NCBI RefSeq assembly: GCF_009914755.1
Contig: NC_060937.1
Source: the human T2T-CHM13v2.0 reference genome, Homo sapiens
Strand: one strand, 5' to 3'
DNA length: 64,000 nucleotides
The notes beneath the pieces were generated by a model. It made no database searches. It saw only the letters and a list, made by a program, of their open reading frames with translations, and was not told where the DNA came from. The position numbers were made by a program, and so were the translations under genes. Of the stretch, positions 50,952 through 64,000 are shown in pieces; the first letter of the stretch is position 1; each line of letters opens with the position of its first letter.

Positions 50952-52469
50952 CTAGCATCATGGCACCAGGGCAAAGCGAGAGGCACCTTGGGCACACAAT
51001 GTAAGGAGGAATTCACTCAAGATCCTGCAAGGGCCTTCTCTATCGGCTCCTCTCTTCCCTCGCTCTAGTCCTGGCCTTGCTTGACTCCTTGGGTACTAAG
51101 TATTATATTACTCTTTTTATAGATGAATATTGTAGACAAAGTTTTAGCCCAAGATCTGTCTCCCTCCAAATCACATTTTACCATGTGTGTACATGTTCAT
51201 GCATAGCATATTTACGGGTATGGAGGACCTGAAGTGGTGATGACACCAGAGATTATTAAAGAAAAACAGAATTGTGTGATAGGAAAAATACACCAAGCTT
51301 TTGGACAGTTTAGTAGAAATTAGACAGCATCATCTCTGATACCATTTTGACTTTGGAGTTCAGGATGCACAGCTCACCTTGCATCACAAACAAATCATAG
51401 TGTACTGGGCTGTGCTGAACTGCAACATTAATGTATTACCTGGCCTTCACACAGAAGACAGCAGAACTCCCTTTGGAGTTTTCTACACTGAAGAGATATC
51501 CAAGAGATATAGAAAATTTGTTGCTATGAAAGAATAACTCAGTCTGAACTAAAATGCTTTGCAGACCATGAAGGAAAGTGGCAGGGCTGTAAACACTAAT
51601 GGACCTTGTAAACAGTGGTTTCAGACATTATACCCAACCACTGTGGCAGATGAGTCACATTTTTTTTTTTTGTATTTAGTGTCAGATGCAAGCACAAGAA
51701 AAAAAAACATTACTGGAAGCTTCATTGAAAGCTAATGATAAATTTTATGGAATATAAAAGGAAAGAGGATGTCAGGGAAAGTTAAAATGATATTTTCATT
51801 CAGATCACTTGAAGTTAAAAAATTCTTGCTTAAATGAGGTGCTTAACTCCTTATTAGAAAGGTTAACTTGGGAGCATTTAGATGAAAAACCAGAATTCCA
51901 TTAATAGATGTTAACGATGGAATCTGAAGTTGTTCCATTTGATAATATAGACGATGGGAGTAATGAGGGCAGACGAGGTCAAATTTATACATTAAAGTGA
52001 ACGCTATGTCTTGGAAAATTAAAAGACATAAGACTTTAAGTCAAGTGTAGAGCTCTTAAAATCCCAGCATTTGAATGGTGAAAATTATCCTACACTTAAT
52101 TTTGATTGGATGACATATCAGGCATAAAGAAGGCGAGTTCCACATGCAATGAATACAATCATTCACATATACATATAAATATATGTGTGTGTGTCTTTGT
52201 ATACAGAGACACATACATGTAGCACTACCTAATATTCTATAAAGAAAGCTGCTTCCTTTGTCTGTTCTGGGACCCAGTGCCTTTACTGAGATCTCCAGGG
52301 AAAATCCTTTCAGACCTATTGCATCTGTAGCAATCCAAAGGTATCTATAAAATTACATAGAGGGGTCCCTCAACTTAGAGTTTTCTGAACCTATAAAAGA
52401 CTTCATGGAGAAGGACTGAACTAATATGATAAAAGACTTATATTCTGTTTTACTAATCAGTTAATGTAT

Positions 52470-52640
52470 GTACTGGCACTGAATTAGTTAATTCAGTTAT
52501 ACAACCTGCAGTTACTTAACATCTCTTAGCTTCAGTTTTCTCCTGAGGAGCGTAATGGAAAAACACATACCTTAATGTTAATGTGAATTTAATGAAATAA
52601 TGCAAGCAAAGTGCTTGGCATGCACATAGTTTTTTAAAGC
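52470..52640 (+). mobile_element. MIR
   Basis: agttacttaacatctcttagcttcagttttctcc...aatgaaataatgcaagcaaagtgcttggca. Confidence 0.75.
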
Positions 52641-52684
52641 GTTAGCTGTTATTTTTTATCATGCACATTATAGAAAATATACTT

Positions 52685-53390
52685 TCTCCTCACAGAGGAT
52701 TGGTCAAAACCCTTAGCCATGTACGATGCTAAGGATCTGAGCTATAGTTCTTCTCTTTGGATCTCTGGGGTTTGCTTACCATCTTCCAAGTTCCCCACAA
52801 TGTTATTATTCTGCCCTTCAGGGTGAGGGGGGTGTCAAATGCCTCCCAGCATCAGGGCTGAGAAGTCTTAGATGTTATCTACAATATCTCAAAAGTTCAC
52901 ATTTCAATATCCGAGTCTTTGTATACCATGGTAAATGATCTTCAAACTCTCCTCCAAAGTGCTCTTCTGAATGCCTGCCAAGGATTACTCATGTCCCAGA
53001 AAGTGGCTTCTCTCTCAATGTGTGCATACCGTAGCTTCTTGTTCCTCTGGGAGGGCTCTGAGCCTGACACCCCTCAGCGCTGCCAGATCTGTGTCGTTTG
53101 CTCTGTGTTGTGGCAGGGATGGAGGGAACCTGATTCCATAACACTTATGGTCGGAGGAGTCACCTCTGAGTTTGGTCATCACCAAAAAGAATCCCCCATT
53201 GTTTGGCAAGTAAGCTATGTTGCCACCTGTTTAGCCCCATTGAACATCAACCCGCCTGGTTACAGCAGCCACAAGACCTCACTTTGTATGAACTGCATTC
53301 TTGACATGTTGTGCACTGCAGAACAGAAACACACTCTAGAAGGGTTATTATTACACATACAGTGGCACCTCCATCCCACTTCCCCCTTAA
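52685..53390 (-). mobile_element. Fossil Ty3/Gypsy retrotransposon pol fragment (RT connection + RNase H), multiply frameshifted
   Basis: Manual three-frame translation gives collinear motifs VQWG (53234-53245), RALPEEQ (53039-53059), RYAHIEREA (53005-53031), HFGGEFEDHLP (52929-52961) and EIQRE...YMAKGF (52706-52765). Confidence 0.55.
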
Positions 53391-53454
53391 AAACAGCAAA
53401 TATTTATATAACACTTTTGCTCTAAGTGTTATATAATGCAAGCTACTATATTAT

Positions 53455-53660
53455 ATTTATATAATACCAGCTACTGTTCTAAGCACTTTACATGTAATAA
53501 TTCACTCAGTCCTCAACAGCAACACCTTGAGATGGAAACCAGTATTATCTGCATTTTACAGGTTAGGAATGTTAGGCACAGAGGGGTTAAATAGATTGCC
53601 CATAGACATGGCTAATAAGCTGCTGAGCACGCCTTCTAGTGCTCTGCTCTCTTTCAAATG
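53455..53660 (-). mobile_element. MIR
   Basis: tgttctaagcactttacatg...cattttacaggttaggaatgttaggcacagaggggttaaatagattgccca. Confidence 0.8.
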
Positions 53661-54561
53661 GCATGATAAACCCATGTTTATGTAACCATTATAAATACTT
53701 CTTAATATTGAGCATTCTCTAACTCTGAAATTGTAATCATTGACATATATAAATTTATATGCACAAGAAAAGAAGAACTGAAAATTGTACAAGAAACATT
53801 TTGGACACATTAGTGATAATTAACTGGAAATAAAGTCACTTGTCCTCTAGGAACCTCCCTAAAGCAAAAATAAATATAAGATGCAAAAGATTACAAAACC
53901 AGACCTGCAGTCCATTTTATGCTTTCTCTTTGCAGAAGTAGAAAATGCAGGATAAATACCTATTTCATGAAACGCTCATAGGAGAATTATGAGTATCTTT
54001 AGAAATAGCTGCAGCGTAAGTCAGCTCTGAATGTCTTGATTAATACTGCCATCTAATGCCCAATGGAGAAATCCAAATTTATTTTAGACTGAATGTGTCC
54101 TGGTGCTGTCCTCCAACATTATTAACAGAAATGGCAGCACAAATTGTATTATCAACTAGGATCCTGTAACTGTATCAATCATTGTGAGATAAACTTTAGA
54201 AAGTAACAAGAGACTGTGGCTCTTTAGCATTACAGTCCAGCTTTAGGCACCTTAGTTTCAGGGTATGGTGGCATAGTCATTACAAAAACTGATTTCATTA
54301 TAACCTCCCACAAGATATAAGACCAACATCACAAAATACTGTTAGTAAAACCCTACTGAAATAACCAATATTTATTTTGCTTTCTATTTAAATCTCTTTA
54401 GATTTTTTTTCCTCTCTTGCTTCTTCTTGAGAAGTGTATTGATAAAACATGTCTTTCCTTGGCCTGGAGAAATATACCAAATAAAAATGCAGAAGCTAAA
54501 CAAAGTCTAAAGTGTGACAAAAAGACCAGGTACTGTATTCATAAAGAAAAGTATAATCTAT

Positions 54562-54727
54562 GCTAGGCACGATTCACTCACGTCTGTTATCCCAGCTGCT
54601 TAGAAGGCTAAGGAGTGAGGATCACTTGAGCCCAGGAGTTTGAGGCTGCAGTTAGCTATGACAACACCAGTACACTCCAGCCTGGGCAACAGAGTGAGAC
54701 TCCATCTTTAAAAAAAAAGAAAAAAAA
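54562..54727 (+). mobile_element. FRAM (free right Alu monomer)
   Basis: Monomer with ggctgcagttagctatgac...cactccagcctgggcaacagagtgagac and poly-A; degenerate TSD agtat(aa/gg)tctat. Confidence 0.85.
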
Positions 54728-55083
54728 GAGTATGGTCTATTTTCACTTTTACATACATATATCAATGTAAATGTGTACGCTGTTCTACTTTTACCTCTCT
54801 TGGATTATTTCTTGATAGTTGATTGATAATTATTTCCTGGTAACAAGAAGATTGGGTGACCCTCGGATCCTTTTAACTCGGATATAAAAGATGAAAAGAA
54901 AAACTATTCATGGTAATTTATATATTGTTAAGTTAAAGAACCTTGACTCTTCCTGAAAAGTTCCCATAGTTTTTACATGTTTATTTAATCTTTACTTAAA
55001 TTTAAAACATTTTATAAATTATTACATTTTTATAATCTACATGTTAACTAATAATCTCCTCTTAGCGCGACTTCCAAAAATTA

Positions 55084-55428
<345 letters not shown>

Positions 55429-57689
55429 TCATTCTTGTCAACATGATTGAGCAAGTTTTAGATAACTAGTGCTATAATAACCACATACATATTACACCTA
55501 GAAGAATCCAATTCATGGCTTAAAGCTCATTTGATCCTTCAACTTCCCCAACTTCCCCAAAGTAAGAACACTTTGGTTAGTATAACTAAACCACGAGTAG
55601 ACCCCATTGGTTAATCAGTTTCACAAGGATAGTTCTCACATCATGAGTGGGCCTGAGACATGGCTCCATCCCATATGGCATATGGAAAGACAATCTGAGC
55701 AGTGCCCAGGACAAAATTTCAGGGCCAGAAAAGAGGATCCCTAAGTAAGAGATGAACTTGCCATGATTTATCCACCCAGCATCCTCCCTTCCCCATTGCC
55801 CTTAGATCTGCTTGCTTTGTCGCTCTTCTAAGGCTGACAAAATTAAAAAGTAGGATGACTGTTTATAAAGGGCAGAAAACCATCCAGGGATAGATCCGTC
55901 CCTACATATTGACCAATTCCATCTTATGACATTCATGCATGTATTTAGACAAAATAGGAAAAGATGGTATTTATGCAATTTCAAGCCAGTTTTTAAGAAA
56001 GAGTTGAATTATTATTAAAAGTGATTCTGAAAACTGATAAAATACTGTCAAATTTGAAATTAATAGCTATTTTCAAAATAGCAAGTGATTTGAGTCCATT
56101 CAGCCTCTACTGTTCAAATCAGTTTGTTGCTGGCACAGCTGAAACCATTTGCTGGGGTATTTGGAATTGAATACAAGGAAAAGAAATAGCTTGACCTGAC
56201 ATTAATTAATATAATGTTGTTAGGAGCAATTTAGCTTGCTAGATGCAAAACCAAAATTCTTTAAGATTTAACCTTCTGGTATGAAGTACTTCTGAGCAAT
56301 TTTCAGCAACTACATGTGGAATTCTTAAAATGCAGAACTAACATTATTAAAATAATGGCTATGAACCAGGGACAGAAAAGAGGCAGACATTCATCCTGAC
56401 AGAGATAAATAATGGGCAAAGTAAATTATTAGCTGGATACTTGTTATACATGAACTAAACCATCTCACTTATATTTATACACAAAGCATAATGTTCTGGA
56501 ATCCATTTAAATGAACACAATAGTAGTTACTAGGGAAAAATGATTTCGATTGTATCATTAAATTTAAAGCATTCACTTTAGGCACTGAACACAGCCCTCA
56601 AGTGGGCCTTTTATCACACGCTTAATGTGAAGAGTGCAAGAAAAAACTTGCCAGCTAATGTTTTTAGCATCTAAAGCTCTCTCCACTTCTTTGTAAGAAT
56701 ATCTAAAATACTCAGGAAAAAAGTCAGCATTGCATTTCTAATTCAGCTTCAAAAATAATGTGGAAATATTAAAAAAAAAAAGAATAAAACGGTGGGGGGG
56801 GGGTGGGGGGAACCACTTACTGATTGTCTGCCTGTTCAGGATAGTAAATGTCATCGCCCATAAGGGACTGTGAAGCCTCATCACTCTTTCGATTTCACAA
56901 AAGACAGAAACTAACTTGAAAAGTTAGCAGAGATAACTTGAAAAGTTCTGCTACCCTGAATGATTTACCACAAATTGAAATATACATTGGGGTTTTATGT
57001 TGAGTAATGATTGACCATGTTTTGAGAAAACTGCCTCTTATTTTGTTTTCCTGATTTTCTGTCAAAAAAAAAAAAAAACAGAAATATCCATCCAATAATT
57101 AAAGTTGACCATTTTGTATAATGATTTTTAATCTTTGTAATAGTAGTAGTGTTGTTGTTGTTACATATCCCTTTGAGAATCTGATGATCTCTCCGGAAAA
57201 ATCCACGTACGTTCCCTTCAGTTCTGCATGTTTCAGAAGATGCACAGAAGTTTCATTCAATTTAAGAAGGTGATAATGTAGGTAGGAATAAGATAAGCAA
57301 GATAAAAAGGGAATGTGATAATGTATAACATGATGATGAAGAGCAATTCTGGAACCGGGTTTGGATGGTTCAGGGTCATTGTGCACAGCTCCACACAGAG
57401 GGAGGATAAAGAGAATGGTATCCTAGCTCTGATGTAGTTCAAATCCACCCCCACCATTCATAAACTCCATGAACTTAGTCAAGTTCTTAGTCTAGGTTTC
57501 TTCACCTGTAACCCTGTACCACCATTTTGAGTATTAGAAAAAGTAATGCCTGTAAAACATTTTTAAATAAGAGGCATGGCACATAGTAAACACATAGAAA
57601 GATAAGCTGTTATCATTGTGTCCAAGTTGGAGCTAGTATAATATCATAGAATGACATGCCAAGTTATTTTTCCAATCCTTCATCATAGA

Positions 57690-59070
57690 CTCCTTGAATA
57701 TGTTTTCTACCTTGTTGTACCATGCACATATTCTCTATTCCCATGCTTTGGAATGTCCTCTTCTTATCCCTATTCACACTGATAAGCTCCTACCCAGCAT
57801 TTCATTCCCAACTCAATTATCACCTCCACTGGGATGGTTTCCTCAATTCCCTTGGACAGAGCTTGCTGTTCCTTTTCTATACTCATAGCATGTATTATCT
57901 CTATTATTTAACTCATCACCTTATATTGAAGTTTTAAATCCACCTTTTTACACTCTTAGATCGTAAAATTTTTATTTCTATTCTGAAGTCTTAGCACATG
58001 ACTGGCAAAAAGCTAAATATTTAATAATAGATGGGTGGAAAGAAAGAAAGAAGAAAGAGAAGGATGGAGTAACAGAGAGAGAAAGGAAAGAAGGAAGGCT
58101 GGTTGTATTGCCAACCTCCATCAAAATGAAATAAAAGTGAACCCATTATCTTCCCCGACAACTGAAACTCCCTGGAGTTCTCTCTTTCTAGGTTTATATG
58201 AGGGTTTTTTTTGCTTGTTTTTTGTTTTTTTCAGTGGTTTCACTATCTCCCACTTTAAACCCACAGTCCTATCTGACTTTCTTGCTCAATCCCTTGAAAG
58301 GCAATCCATTAGAACACCATCTTATCTTTCTTTTTTTGATACAGAGTCTGCTCTGTTGCCCAGGCTGGAGTATAATAGTGCGATCTCAGCTCACTGCAAC
58401 CTCCACCTCCCAGGTTCAAACAATTCTCCTGCCTTAGTCTCCTGAGTAGCTGCGATTGCAGGCATGCACTAACACACCTGGCTAATTTTTGTATTTTTAG
58501 TAGAGAAGAGATTTTGCCATGTTGGCCAGGCTAGTCTTGAACTCCTGACCTCAAGTGATCCTCCCACCTCGGCCTCCTAAGTGCTAGTATTACAGGCATG
58601 AGCCACTGCACCTGGCCAACCATTTTATCTTTCTTCATGGAATATCTTCATCTGTCCACCTCTTATTCCTCTTATACTAATAGTTTAGAACTTGTGCCTA
58701 AAGCATTTTTAATACCTTCCTTACTGCTCTCTCATGCCCAGTCTCTCCCTACTAAAAATTAATTTTCCCTGAGAAAAACTAATTATGTCATTTCTTGCTA
58801 GAACAGCTTTAAGAGTTCCCTGTTGCCTGACACTCAGTGTGCTCCAAAGTCTGGTCCCAACCAACCTTTTCAGAATTCTCTCACTCAATCCCTTCTTTAT
58901 CCAATGAAGTAGGCACATTTCTCTTACTCCACACTTCTGATCTTTTCCTCTACACCATACTATTGCTCATGGTTACTCTCTTCTTCTCCAATGCCCTTCC
59001 TTTTTTCTTTTTAGCTCATATAAATCTTTTAATTGATAGTGTTCTATTTATCTAAGACCTCAGACCAATG
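57690..59070 (+). mobile_element. L2 fragments, interrupted by an Alu
   Basis: catattctctattcccatgctttggaatgtcctc; cttagcacatgactggc; gtcatttcttgctagaacagcttta. Confidence 0.55.
58332..58617 (-). mobile_element. AluS (Sz/Sx-like)
   Basis: Antisense Alu; TSD accat(c/t)ttatctttct. Confidence 0.95.
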
Positions 59071-59140
59071 ATTTCCAGCCCATGGAGTACTAGAGATCAT
59101 TTTAATGCTAAAAAAATTAAATGTTGAAGATTTCCAGGTC

Positions 59141-59425
59141 TGTCATGAACTGTGAAGGGTCTGAGATTTTAACTACTTGCAAGCTAATAAGTTAGCCTGT
59201 TACTGTTTCATTAATGCTGGCAGAGGCGGGAGACTCCTAGACCAAAGACAAAGGACTTTTGCATCCTGGTAACGAAATAAGGAGCAAGCACATCAGGATA
59301 TTGAGGCTTATAGCCCTTGTACCCCGTACTACCAGAGCAATATTACAGGCCCAGATAGGTCTTTCACGTCCACTGAGTTTGCTCACATATGAGAAATCCA
59401 GGGCCTAGGGCTCAGCATTATGTTT
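59141..59425 (-). mobile_element. MER74/MER54-group ERVL LTR 3' part
   Basis: tgtcatgaactgtgaagggtctgagattttaactacttgcaagctaataagttagc is the reverse complement of the 3' end seen at 50895-50951. Confidence 0.75.
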
Positions 59426-59429
59426 TTAC

Positions 59430-60080
<651 letters not shown>

Positions 60081-60103
60081 CACATCATCTCAGCATTATT
60101 TTT

Positions 60104-60392
<289 letters not shown>

Positions 60393-61389
60393 TCCAGCAT
60401 TATTTTTGAGCAAGTAGCAAACTTTGTAGCAAATAATAGTCAGTCCTCTTCTCTCCAAGTAGCACACATTTACAGGGAAGTCAGACTATGATCCCTTTAC
60501 CTACCAGTTGCCTGTATTACTAGCTACAGAAATGGGTCACCAGTAGTGGGATACACCTTGCAGTGTGTGGGGACATTCAGGGCTCATGCTCAAAAATATT
60601 AAGAGTTTGCCACTCTTAACAATATTGAGTGGCAAATGTCATGACAAACAAGTAGACATTCATACACTTGTATTTTATTAGTCATAAAAGTATCTACACA
60701 CCTTTTTGAAAAGTAATTATGTAGGTAATTTGTGAAGCATGAGTCAATCTACAGAAAATGCAACTCTCATTTCTATCATCCTTGGAGGTCTGTAATATAC
60801 ACAGGTTGGAAACCACTACTTTTCATTATAAAGCTCTTTGAGGTCTCAGACTGCATTTTGATGTATTTTTATTTCCCATGACTTAGCATAGGGTTTGGTT
60901 TATTCTAACTATTTAACAGATACTTGTTAAAGAAAAAAAAATGAAGATAAATAGAATTTGCCAATAAATTTGTGTTGAAATCTATGGAGATACATTTCAT
61001 AAACAGTATCAATGAAGGCAGCTGGCTTTGAAAACAATACGAGACAAAGAGTAGGTGTACATCAATCCAGGATGTGGGGAAGCAGGTTTCAGCATGAGTT
61101 TGATTCCATTTTTCTTTGGTGTGTTGTAGAATTTGTTAAAGTTCTGAGGAGTAACATTCAATAGCCAAAAATAGATGCTTCTGGCAGGTAATGATATAGT
61201 AAAGTCACCATGACAGAGTTCAAATAGTAGCAGGATATTGATCAGGAGACCTAGATTCTAGTTTGAGTTCTTCCTTTAACAAGTTGTATGATATTTGACG
61301 TATATCTCCTGTCTTCATCTCAGTCTCCTTACCTGCAGTGGACAGGGACAAGGCTGAATTCTGTAGGGGATGTTGTTGGGGCCTCACCA

Positions 61390-62072
61390 TGGTAGACAGC
61401 AAACAATGGCCACACATTTTTTTTTTTAGTTCTTCCCATCAACAGGTGGAGTCTATTTCTCCATTCCTTGGCACTGAACTGGCCTCATGACTTCCTTTGA
61501 CCAACAGAATGTGGCAGAAGTAACCTTGTGTATGCCCCAAGCCTGGATCTCAAGAAGCCTTGCAGCTTGCACTCTTGCACTGAGAACTCTCCCACCACAC
61601 AAGCAAGCCTGAGCTACCTTTATGAATCAGGGGTCAGCAAACTTTTTATATAAAGAGTCAGATGGTAAATATGTTAGCTTTGGTGTCTGTACAGTCTCTG
61701 CCTAACTCTTTCATTTTACTGATAAAGCAGATACAGGCAATATATAAAATAATGTACTCCAATAAAGCTTTATTTACAAAAACAAGAAAAAAAACTGGAT
61801 TTGGCCCATGGGTCACAGTTTCAGATCCCTATGATAGAAGATAAGAAACTATGTGAAGAGAGGTCTCAGCCGTGCCAACTGCCCCAGCCATCCCAGCTAA
61901 GGCCCCAGACATGGGGGCAAGCCCAGCTTAGATCAGCTGAAACCTCCTGAGACCTACAGGATGGTCCAGTTGCCCCACTACATGAACAACGTGAAGAAAT
62001 CTGAAATGAACTCAGTCACTGCAGTTTTAAGCCTCTAGGTGGTTTGCTACACTGCCAAAGTTCAACCATACA
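61390..62072 (+). mobile_element. MLT1F/G-like LTR interrupted by MER58A
   Basis: cttcccatcaacaggtggagtctatttctcc...tttgaccaacagaatgtggcagaagt...ttttaagcctctaggtggtttgctacac. Confidence 0.75.
61628..61831 (+). mobile_element. MER58A
   Basis: caggggtcagcaaacttttt...ccaataaagctttatttacaaaaaca...ggatttggcccatgggtcacagtttcagatccct. Confidence 0.85.
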
Positions 62073-62094
62073 CACATTCCAATCTTCTTTTCCA

Positions 62095-62460
62095 GTCTAA
62101 AATACCTGTTCTCCAGCTGCTGTAAGGTTACTGAGGGCCCAGAGCTGCTCCTACTTCAGAGAACTGCCTTACCTTAGAGATTACACTCTGCCCCCAAGGC
62201 AGTCAACAATAAATGGCTGTCAGGGAGGTACAACAGGTCAAACCCCTACTGCAAAATGGGTGCAATTCAGGTGTTGTGGGCTCTCTCTGGGGAGCTGGAG
62301 TGAGTTTCCGAGTTTGCCTCTGAAATCTTGCTTTGATTGGGAGCTTCTTCCCTGCCCTGCTTTGCTTCCCTTTCTTCCTTTCTCCTGCATGTACTCTTCC
62401 AACAGACCATTTGCACAAAAATCACTATGCCAAGTTCTGCTTTTAGGAAACGTTAAGATA
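62095..62460 (+). mobile_element. LTR16-like ERVL LTR
   Basis: cttcagagaactgcctt...cttcttccctgccctgctttgcttccc...ttgcacaaaaatcac...ttctgcttttaggaaac. Confidence 0.65.
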
Positions 62461-62796
62461 GCTCCTAAAATTTCTTTGGTATCCATCATAATTATAATCA
62501 GGCCACAACTTGGGATAAAAGACTGAGATGCAAATGTGAAGGGCAATGTAATAAACCAAAAAGATAAAATTAAACCCACCTTAAGACATGGCGGAAGAAG
62601 AGTGTGATCTTCTATGCCCCAAATGCCTCGTCTGCACCTAGAAATGCTAGTAGGGGAAGGAAAATTGAAAGTAGAATTTCATGGAATAAAATTAAAATCC
62701 TGGTAATCTGTCTTCACTTAATATCATTTTCTTAAAATTACCGAAATTATCAAATTTTTGAAATACATGTTTATTATATTGTCGCAAAAAAGTCCC

Positions 62797-63196
62797 TGTT
62801 ATAGTTGGTGCATTTGTCCCCTCCAAATCTCATGTTGAAATTTGATGCACGGTGTTGGAGGTGAGGCCTGGCGGGAGGTGTGTGGATGGATCCCTCATGT
62901 GTGACTTGGTGCCATTCTTAAAGGATTAAGTGAGTTCTCACTAGAAGTTCCAACAAGAGCTGGCTCTTAAAAAGAGTCTAACACCATTCTCTCTTTTCTC
63001 TTGCTTCTGTCTCACCATGTAATGCCTACTTCCGCTCCTCCATGAATGGAAGCTTCCTGAGGCCCTCCCCCAAAGCAGATGTGGGTACCATGCTTCTTGT
63101 ACAGCCTGCAGAACCATGAGCTAAGTAAATCTCTTTTCTTTATTAAACACCCAGCCTCGGGTATTCCTTTATAGCAACACAAAATGGACTAAGACA
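62797..63196 (+). mobile_element. MSTB/MSTB1 solo LTR
   Basis: tgttatagttggtgcatttgtcccctccaaatctcatgttgaaatttgat...tatagcaacacaaaatggactaagaca. Confidence 0.9.
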
Positions 63197-64000
63197 AACC
63201 CTATTCTATTGGACACTGTGCCTACATCACGCTAATAGATAATGTTAGTCCCTAATCTTGTCTTCCTTTCGTCCTTCATTTCCTCACTGAGAAAAAACAC
63301 AAGTTGTTCCAACACGTCGTGTGAAAATTGAGACTACTAATGAATTCATGCACATAAATTACATTGAAATCACCAAATAACCAGTAATTTGTAAATACAA
63401 TATACCTATCATCATTATTATTCAAACAGCAGTCTGAGTATTCTGAATCAAAAAAAATAAAGGAAAGAAATATTGCCATCAGCGGGTTCCCTGTAAACTG
63501 GGAATTGGGTAGCTGGCAAAAGGAGAGATCTGAAGGAAATCTGAAGGAAAAGTAATGACAGCAGCAGGGTTCTCTTTCAAGGGAAGAGAAATAAAGAATT
63601 GTCAGAGAAGAAACATTAATAACTACACAGTGAAGTATGTGAAAAGAATCTCTAAAAGGTGTGAGATAGAAACAGGAAGACACCCTATATCTAGAGGCTA
63701 GAAAGGGGAAATTTAAGAAAAATGCATTTGTTGGAATAACATGAAGATGCTTCCTCCATGTGAGTATGTCTTCTAGGGATGAAAACACTCAGGAAAAGAG
63801 TGTAGTGAAAAATAAAATCAGGAATACCTTGACAGATACACACCGGAATTTATACATTCTTAAATATGTGTTAGTTTTAAAAAATAAAGATTTAAACGAA
63901 TGTTTTCATTTTTGATTTCCATCATTTCAATTAGTTTACATTTTTTTGTAAGTGAGAATTACTATCCAAACTAAGATGGTTCTGTCGTACTTGCTTTCTT

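Noticed and set aside
52830-53335. Lipoxygenase C-terminus resemblance (CSAQH, LGRHSEEHF, LSPD) on the minus strand
   Set aside because: Spacing from SAQH to the next motif is about 40 codons too long; the Gypsy RNase H reading explains more motifs collinearly.
52919-53425. 168-aa + strand ORF as a protein-coding gene
   Set aside because: Non-ATG start, no recognisable domain; better explained as the antisense shadow of the decayed Gypsy pol.
63276-63788. 170-aa minus-strand ORF
   Set aside because: Low-complexity F/L/S/C-rich product of the T-rich strand; non-ATG start, no motif or splice support.

Overview
Primate (most likely human) genomic DNA: AT-rich and non-coding, with Alu J/S/Y, FLAM/FRAM, L1PA/L1M, L2, MIR, MaLR/ERV solo LTRs and hAT MER elements. 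I find no credible protein-coding exon, tRNA/rRNA or CRISPR-like array. The listed ORFs are Alu-, microsatellite- or GC-composition artefacts. The clearest functional landmark is a CpG island at ~43.5-44.05 kb, a probable promoter of an unidentified gene or lncRNA; weak evidence favours minus-strand transcription. The most notable observations are: (1) a frameshifted fossil of Ty3/Gypsy pol (RT connection + RNase H) on the minus strand at ~52.7-53.4 kb; (2) a palindromic NF-kB site inside an LTR41-like LTR just upstream of a canonical-looking + strand intron; (3) a ~200-bp, possibly twin-primed L1PA insertion with a perfect 17-bp TSD beside the island; (4) a perfect DR1 element apparently created by a 7-bp duplication in a MIR. 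Repeat subfamily names come from remembered consensus sequences, not a database search. Boundaries without TSDs are approximate. I cannot support a claim of a new biological system.
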